Assembly: GCA_013416795.1 (NCBI GenBank)
Contig: RQSC01000071.1
Location: 1-9,802, forward strand
DNA length: 9,802 bases
Direction: 5' to 3'
DNA from: Prasinococcaceae sp. CCMP 1430
Lineage: Eukaryota; Plantae; Prasinodermophyta
In this document: piece after piece, positions 1-5,948 of the stretch
Layout: every line of letters starts with the position of its first letter
Numbering within the stretch: position 1 is the first letter of the stretch
Program-made: the position numbers and the translations under genes
The notes under the pieces: model-generated
The model's database searches: none
Seen by the model: only the letters and a program-made list of their open reading frames with translations
What the model was told of the DNA's origin: nothing

Positions 1-23
1 CTCGCCCCCACTGCCCGCCTGCC

Positions 24-62
24 CCCTCCCTCCCTCCCTCCCTCCCTCCCTCCCTCCCTCCC
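24..62. repeat. (CCCT)9 tetranucleotide microsatellite; reads (AGGG)n on the - strand
   Basis: Read directly: nine perfect CCCT units at 24-59 plus CCC at 60-62. Confidence 0.95.
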
Positions 63-177
63 GCGCGCGGCCGCGCCGCTTTCGAACCGCCCCCAACAGC
101 TCCCGGCGGCCAGCCAGCGCCCGGCCCCGCGCGCCGGGGGAACGGCCGCGCATCGCAACCGAACCCGCGCGGCTCCC

Positions 178-207
178 AAATCAAAATCAAAAGAATCAAA
201 ATCAAAA
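178..207 (+). repeat. Short direct repeat AATCAAAATCAAAA x2 (TCAAAA hexamer x4)
   Basis: AATCAAAATCAAAA at 179-192 and 194-207, separated by one G; a further AAATCAAAATC lies at 317-327. Confidence 0.85.
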
Positions 208-773
208 CCCGCCGGTTCGAGACTTCGAGTCGAGTGAGTGCCCGTTGGTACGAGTGCCCGCGCGGGGAGTGAGAAGAACAAACACACCAACGGGAAAGTA
301 GAAACAGCGTGGAAAAAAATCAAAATCTGCACACGAGAGGCGACGCCGGACGCCCACTCGGCGTGCGTGCGCCGTGACGTGGGCGCGCGACGGCGTACCA
401 TCTGATGGTATCGTCACCATCACGATGGGAGCAGACGCTTCGTGCCGTTGCGCAGCAGCTTCCATGTCTCCCCCTTTTTCCGCCGAGCACGTAAAGAAGC
501 CTCCCTTTTTTTTTTAAAAAAAAAGGAGCCTCTCAGAAGTCGGTTCCGGTCCCGCCTTCGAAAAGAAAAAAAAACGGAGCGTTTTTTGTGATGGCGAACG
601 GAATGGAATCCGCGGATGAGACCGCTCGCAACGGGAAAGGCGTCCGCGCGGGCCAATTCGCAGGCGGGCGCGGTCGAATTTGCGCGGGTTCCGCAAATTC
701 GCGCCGTAACGCGCGCGCTTCTGCCGGCCCGCGGGTTCGGGGCGGATCGCGCCGCGCGGCGCCGGGGCGGGGG

Positions 774-1137
774 NNNNNNNNNNNNNNNNNNNNNNNNNNN
801 NNNNNNNNNNNNNNNNNNNNNNNNNNNNNNNNNNNNNNNNNNNNNNNNNNNNNNNNNNNNNNNNNNNNNNNNNNNNNNNNNNNNNNNNNNNNNNNNNNNN
901 NNNNNNNNNNNNNNNNNNNNNNNNNNNNNNNNNNNNNNNNNNNNNNNNNNNNNNNNNNNNNNNNNNNNNNNNNNNNNNNNNNNNNNNNNNNNNNNNNNNN
1001 NNNNNNNNNNNNNNNNNNNNNNNNNNNNNNNNNNNNNNNNNNNNNNNNNNNNNNNNNNNNNNNNNNNNNNNNNNNNNNNNNNNNNNNNNNNNNNNNNNNN
1101 NNNNNNNNNNNNNNNNNNNNNNNNNNNNNNNNNNNNN
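774..1137. other. Assembly gap (364 N)
   Basis: Run of N flanked by GC-extreme sequence. The true length is unknown, so ORFs spanning it (420..2756, 588..3239, 533..1378, 616..1380) are not reliable as continuous frames. Confidence 0.99.
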
Positions 1138-1139
1138 GC

Positions 1140-3239
1140 CTGCGCGCGCTGTTCGTGCTCCGGCGCGTGTACCGCGGCGTCGTGCGCGCGAGCCAGCTGC
1201 GCGCGCGCGCGGACAAGATGGTCGCCGAGCGAACGTGGCGCAGCGAGGGCGGCGCGCCTTCGGCGCCGCCGCCCAAACCCGCGGAGTTTGAGACCGCGCG
1301 CGAGCGGCGCAAGCGGCGCGAGGCCGAGCGCGAGGTGCTCGAGTCCGCGATGGGCGCGATGGCCGTGGTCGAGAGCATGATTGCGCTCGCGGCCGCGCTC
1401 GAGCGCGACCTGGGCGCGCTCGCGCAGATGGAGGTCGAGCGGCTCTATGCGGAGCCCGCGGAGGCCGACGCGGCCGGCGAAGTGGTGCGCTCGTACGTCG
1501 CCGACCTGCGACAAGACGCCGAACAGCTGCGCGACGCGCTCAGCGACGAGGAGAAGGCCGCGCTGTGGCGCAAGAAGGGCGACGCGGCCGTCGAGCGCGG
1601 AAGCTCGGCGGGCGCCGCCAACGGCGGCGAGGGGGGGGCGCCGTCGATCGAATCCGTCGCCGACCGCGTGGCCTCCTCCGTGGAGGAGCTGGTCGAGGTG
1701 GTCGGCGGGCTGCCCGGCTGGCTGCCGGGCGCGCTCGGCTCGTGGCGCAACGCCGCGTCTTCCGGCGGCGGCATGGGCAGCCTGACCGACGCGTCGTCGC
1801 TGCTCGAGAGCAAGCTCGACCTGAGCTCGCTGACGCTCGTCGCCACGCGCGTGTCGGACTCGACGAACGCCCTGTGGCTGCGCCTGAACGGGCGCAAGCC
1901 GCCGCTCGGCTCGGCGGTCGCCGTGTCGGCGGCGGTCGCCGCCCTGCCGCGGCCGGTGTCCGAGGCTAAGCCGTCGGAGATCCGCCTCGGCGAGCTCATC
2001 GCCGAGGCGGACGAGCTCGAGCGCTCGCTCTCCAAGGCGGCCGCCGCGCGCGAGCGCGCGCTCCGCGGCGCGAAGGGGGGCTCCGACCGCCTGGCGCGCG
2101 CGCGGCTGGCGGGCGAGATGAAGAGCTTGGACGACGACGTGTCCGAGGCGCGGCGCTCGCTGGCCGTCCCGCTCATCGAGGCGGAGCTCGAGCGCGTGTA
2201 CTCGGAGCTCGAGAGTGAGGCGCTGGACTACGCCGAGGCCGTGCCGCGCTCCGACGAGGAGGGCGAGCTGCTGCTCGCCGAGTTCGGCCTGCTGGATGCC
2301 AAGGCGGTCGAGCTCCGCGCCGCGCTCGAGGAGGGCCAGGCGCTGGACATCCTCGACGACGAGATCACCCAGCTCGCGGTCGAGCTGCCCTCGCTGCGAG
2401 AGCGGCTCGGGCTGCCGAAGGCGTCCATGCTGTACGAGTCGGCGGAGGACCAGATGCTGCGCGTGCGCACGCTCGCCCGCCGCACGGTGACGGGGGTGGA
2501 GGACGCGGTGGACTTCTACGCGCGCGGCGGGCGCATGCTGGTGGAGGACCTCGGCTACAGCGCACGTCTGGTGGGGCGCGCCGTGCGGGGCACCACGCTG
2601 CGGCCGCGCGAAGTGCTCGCCCTGCGGCGGACGGGCACCGACCTCCTCGCGCTGCCCGTGTGCACCGTCATCCTCATCATACCGCTCACGCCCGTGGGCC
2701 ACGTGCTCGTGTTCTCCTTCATCCAGAAGGTCTTCCCGGGCTTCTTCCCCTCGCAATTTTCCGAGGAGCGCCAGGAGACCTACAAGCGCTACGAGGCGGC
2801 CAAGAACAAGGTCAAGAGCGGCGCGAGCGCCGAGGAGACCGGCGCCGAGGGAGCGACGATGCGCGTGCGCCTGCGCGACCGCCAGCTCACGCAGGCCATG
2901 GCGCGCGCCATCGAGGAGGAGAGCAGCAGCCAGCAGGGCCTCGCCATGTCCTTCGACGAGGTCCTCGACTCGCTCGAGCGGGATGTCATGGGTGACAGGA
3001 GCGCGAGCGGCGAGCTGCTCGAGCTGGGCGAGGACAGCAGCGACAGCAGCGACGACGACGGCGGCGGGGAGCGGGAGGAGCAGCGGGGCGAGGGGGGCCA
3101 GGATGGCGACACGGGGGGCGGGAGCGTCGGGGCGGCCGCGGCGGTCGCCGGGCCGCCCGCGGCCGACTCGAGGGCGCGCGAGAACGCCGACGAGCAGGGC
3201 GACCGCTCGGGCGCCGAGGGCTCGCGCACGGTGGGGTAA
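1140..3239 (+). CDS. LETM1-like domain protein (plant/algal type: long helical/coiled-coil N-region, C-terminal LETM1-like domain, acidic Gly-rich tail); 5'-partial
   Basis: Open frame of 699 codons from the gap edge to TAA at 3237-3239, with almost exclusively G/C third positions. Segment 2508-2759 (VDFYARGGRMLVEDL...LRPREVLALRRTGTDLLALPVCTVILIIPLTPVGHVLVFSFIQKVFPGFFPSQF) matches from memory the LETM1-like motif LRRTxxDL...IPxTxVGH...IQ..xPxxxPSxF of the plant At3g11560/At5g06220-type proteins. Coding-like sequence runs right up to the gap, so the start codon is probably inside or beyond it. Confidence 0.85.
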   Translation: MRALFVLRRVYRGVVRASQLRARADKMVAERTWRSEGGAPSAPPPKPAEFETARERRKRREAEREVLESAMGAMAVVESMIALAAALERDLGALAQMEVERLYAEPAEADAAGEVVRSYVADLRQDAEQLRDALSDEEKAALWRKKGDAAVERGSSAGAANGGEGGAPSIESVADRVASSVEELVEVVGGLPGWLPGALGSWRNAASSGGGMGSLTDASSLLESKLDLSSLTLVATRVSDSTNALWLRLNGRKPPLGSAVAVSAAVAALPRPVSEAKPSEIRLGELIAEADELERSLSKAAAARERALRGAKGGSDRLARARLAGEMKSLDDDVSEARRSLAVPLIEAELERVYSELESEALDYAEAVPRSDEEGELLLAEFGLLDAKAVELRAALEEGQALDILDDEITQLAVELPSLRERLGLPKASMLYESAEDQMLRVRTLARRTVTGVEDAVDFYARGGRMLVEDLGYSARLVGRAVRGTTLRPREVLALRRTGTDLLALPVCTVILIIPLTPVGHVLVFSFIQKVFPGFFPSQFSEERQETYKRYEAAKNKVKSGASAEETGAEGATMRVRLRDRQLTQAMARAIEEESSSQQGLAMSFDEVLDSLERDVMGDRSASGELLELGEDSSDSSDDDGGGEREEQRGEGGQDGDTGGGSVGAAAAVAGPPAADSRARENADEQGDRSGAEGSRTVG

Positions 3240-3243
3240 TAAA
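3238..3243 (+). promoter_or_regulatory. Candidate polyadenylation signal AATAAA overlapping the stop codon of the LETM1-like gene
   Basis: GGG TAA TAAAAAA at 3234-3246. AATAAA is rare in such GC-rich DNA. Function is inferred only. Confidence 0.35.
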
Positions 3244-3336
3244 AAACGAACGAATTCTGAGAGCCGTGGGTGAACGCGAGGTCGCCGGGGTATATGTAGT
3301 TCACTTTACACGAATTAGCCTGCGTACTAGAGAGCG

Positions 3337-4880
3337 CTACCCGAGCTTGACCGTCCGGTCGAACTCGTTGGCCTCCGCCTTGCCCTGCCTGCCCATGATG
3401 ACGCGCAGCATGCCCAGCAGCGTGCGCCTGATGGCCGCGGCGATGCCCACCCTGAGCAGCAGCCTCCAGTTGCGCTTGCGGACGTCGTTGCGCTTGCGCG
3501 CGGCCTCGTACTGCACGTTGCGCAGGTAGAGCGTCGCGTCGCGCCAGCCCCACTGCTCGACCTCCGCGCGCGCGATCTTCGCCATGCCGTCGGAGCGCTC
3601 GGGGTCGGCGATCAGCGCCTTAATGTGCGCCACGCACTCGTCCAGCTGCTTGGGGGCGTACATGAGGCCCGTCTCGCCCTCCTTGATGAGATCGGGGATG
3701 CCTCCGGCGCGCACCGCCACCACCGGAATGCCGCTGGACATGGCCTCGATCACCACGAAGCCCAGGGTCTCCGACTCCGAGGGCATGACGAACATCGAGG
3801 CCGAGGCGTACGCCTGCGACAGCTCCTCGCCGCTCATCATGCCCATGAAGACCACGCGGTCCGAGAGGCCTTCCTTCTCGAAGAGCGCCCTGAGGTCGTC
3901 CTCCGAGGGCCCGCCGCCCACCAGCGCCAGCCGCGACTCGGGAATCTGCTTGAGGATGTACACGAAGTCTTCGAGGCGCTTCTCGGAGCCCAGCCGCCCC
4001 ACATACGTGAAGAGCGGCGCCTCGGGGTGGCCGTTGCTCATGCGCTCGCGCATCGCCGCGCTCTTGAAGCGCGGGTTGAACACGTCGACGTCGATGCCCT
4101 TCTTCCACACGTCGATGGAACCGGGCTTGAGGCCGCCCTCGGCCACGAGCGTGTTCTTCATCTGGAAGGACGTCACCAGCGTGAGGTCGGCCATCCACTG
4201 GCACAGGCGGATGACCGCCCACATGGGCGTCACCAGGAAGGCGAACGTGTACAGCGGGATGTAGTGCGGCACGTGCGTGTGGTAGCTGACCACCAGCGGC
4301 ACGTCCAGGAGCTTGGCGTACAGGATCGCGGCGAACACGAGGAAGCCCGGCGACGACACGTGGATGATGTCAGGCTTCATGTCCCACAGCATCTTGAACG
4401 CTCGCACCGACAGGCCCGGGCTGAGGAAGAAGGTCTTCATCTGTTGGGGCGGTCGGCGGCGAGGATCGAGCCAGCATGGGCGAGGGTCAGCGAGGCGGCC
4501 AACGGCTTGGCGCGCGGAGCGGCCGGCGAGCAGGCGGCCAGCGTGCCGCTCCTCTCGGCGCGTACCTTGTAAAACGGCGGCTTGATGCCCATGACGCCGA
4601 GCACGCGCGCTCCGAGGAAGCGCCTGGGCTGCTCGTCCTTCGCCTGGGGCGTCACCACCAGCACCTCGTCGCCCTCCTCGCGCATGTGCTTGATCATGCT
4701 CTTGAAGCGGTTCTGGTAGCCGCTCACGTGCGAGAAGGGCGACGGCTCGACGAAGATGGCGATCTTGCGGCTGCCCTCGCGCACGACGCCGTCCTCGATG
4801 TCGTCGTTGGAGAGCACGCCCGGCTCCTCCTCCGCGGGCGCCGCGTCGCCCGCCACGGCCGCGCGCGGCGCGGCCGCCAA
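3337..4880 (-). CDS. SQD2: Sulfoquinovosyltransferase (SQDG synthase, GT4 / GT-B family); join(complement 4566..>4880, 3337..4440); 5'-partial
   Basis: The spliced product reads ...RKIAIFVEPSPFSHVSGYQNRF...GIKPPFYK|MKTFFLSPGL...KPDIIHVSSPG...SYHTHVPHYIP...FNPRFKS...VGRLGSEK...GEELSQAYAS..FVMPSESETLGFVVIEAMSSG.PVV..RAGGIPD...QY.AA. These are the characteristic SQD2 motifs (IALFVEPSPF, SYHTHVP, PSESETLG); the GT4 EX7E motif is at 3745-3771. Stop TAG at 3337-3339. There is no in-frame ATG upstream of 4880 before the in-frame TAG at 4908-4910, so the true first exon is unresolved. Confidence 0.95.
4441..4565 (-). other. Spliceosomal GT-AG intron (125 nt, phase 0) in SQD2
   Basis: Donor AAG|GTACGC at 4565, acceptor CCAACAG|ATG at 4441, branch-like CGCTGAC at 4492-4486. 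Removing it joins two separate ORFs (4437..4880 and 3337..4440) into a contiguous SQD2 sequence with the expected spacing between PPFY and PDIIH. Confidence 0.93.
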
Positions 4881-5214
4881 AGCCCGCCCGCTGTGTTTCT
4901 CAGTAGCCTACACCCCTCGGCGCGGAGGGCCGGCTGCCAGAGGCGGCGCTAGGAGCTTGATCTCGCAGGGGACCTCGCGTCAACCAACCGACCCCACCCA
5001 CCCAACACCCACACCCACACCCTCCCGACGGGCCACCCTCGCGGGCGCGGGCGCCAAGCCAGCGGTTCCCCGAGCGCGCACCTCCGCGCGCGTTTGAATT
5101 CCCCGGCCCTTCTTTTTTTCCATCCGCAAATTACTATGTCGCCCAAACGGCAAACCGCACTTTTTTGCAATTGAATTTGATGAGACCCAACGCCCTTAGG
5201 AATGACCTATCGAG

Positions 5215-5252
5215 GTCACTCCTCATGCGCGCACGGGGCAATGAGGAGTGAC
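5215..5252. repeat. Perfect 12-bp inverted repeat GTCACTCCTCAT / ATGAGGAGTGAC with a 14-nt loop
   Basis: Arms at 5215-5226 and 5241-5252 are exact reverse complements. Confidence 0.85.
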
Positions 5253-5948
5253 GTACTAAGGTCAACATGAAATAATAAAACAAAACTTATTACGTACTAT
5301 TAAGACCCCCAACAACCGAGAAGGAGAAAGCACGGGAAAAAAAAAAAAAACGCTGAACTTCACACATCGACGCTGGCCTGCGGGAGAATCGGAGAATCTA
5401 CGGGAGCCGGCCCTTACTTCCGGCGATTCCCATCAATGTAGTCGCCCGTGGGTATAATAAACATCATGATAATTTGCTAGTTACGGGGGTGGCTCCGCGG
5501 GGCCGGCGCGCGCGCGCCGAAACCGGCGACCGAAAAAGCGGACCCTGTGGTCGGGCGCAAAGCCTGGAACCCTATTCTTATCCACTCGCAGGCTCCGCCG
5601 CAGCGGCGCGCGCTTTTCCTGCGGCGGGGGCCTGTCTGGAGCACTCGGCATGCATGGTTGCTCTGGACGACCCTGATGGATGGAGTGGGGATGGGGGGGA
5701 GGAGGGCAGGCACGCAGCGGGAGGCCTGCTGCTGCGGTGCCCTCCGCGCCGGCCGCCCCGAGAGCCCCCGGCTGGCGGGGATGGCCGGGGGGGATGCGCG
5801 GTTGGGGTGTGTGGTGGCGGTGGTGGTGCTGCTGCAGCGCCATTCGCGTGCGCCTCGGCGGCTTCGAGACTCCCACGGCTGGGACTGCCGGGCGCGCGCT
5901 GCGCGCAGCGTGCGAATGCGCCGGGGAATGGGCGCACGAAAATTACGG

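Noticed and set aside
82-220. GGTTCGA (tRNA T-loop / Pol III B-box-like) at 214-220 (+) and 88-82 (-)
   Set aside because: No cloverleaf, no A-box at suitable spacing, and the consensus tail (NTCC) is absent.
588-773. ATG at 591 (track start 588) as the start of the LETM1-like protein
   Set aside because: The codon usage before the gap is not gene-like and the frame link depends on an estimated gap length.
420-2756. 778-aa minus-strand ORF and other overlapping ORFs across the LETM1-like gene (1381..1785, 1445..2176, 1565..1969 etc.)
   Set aside because: Shadow frames of a GC-rich gene: Arg/Ala/His/Gln-rich, no motifs, and some span the N-gap.
4441-4565. SQD2 intron as an introner or transposon-derived element
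   Set aside because: No terminal inverted repeats or target-site duplication. There is only an internal 9-bp direct repeat (AGGCGGCCA at 4493 and 4532) in GC-rich sequence.
3584-4952. Plus-strand ORFs 3584..4264, 3625..4572 and 4476..4952
   Set aside because: Antisense shadows of SQD2.
5123-5132. TCCGCAAATT shared between 690-699 and 5123-5132
   Set aside because: A few 10-mer matches are expected by chance among ~2.5 kb of non-coding sequence compared on both strands.
5178-5356. Possible box C/D snoRNA (TGATGA at 5178-5183, CTGA at 5353-5356, partial terminal stem)
   Set aside because: Too long (~180 nt), box C lacks the leading purine, and the guide position upstream of box D is a poly-A run.
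5481-5876. Minus-strand ORF with MALQQHHHRHH
   Set aside because: The His run comes from a (CAC/CAG)-type trinucleotide tract and coding character fades quickly. It is more likely CRTISO-like 3' flank, though an orphan exon cannot be fully excluded.
5897-5910. Perfect 14-bp palindrome CGCTGCGCGCAGCG
   Set aside because: Almost all G/C within (GC)n-rich sequence, where such palindromes arise readily.
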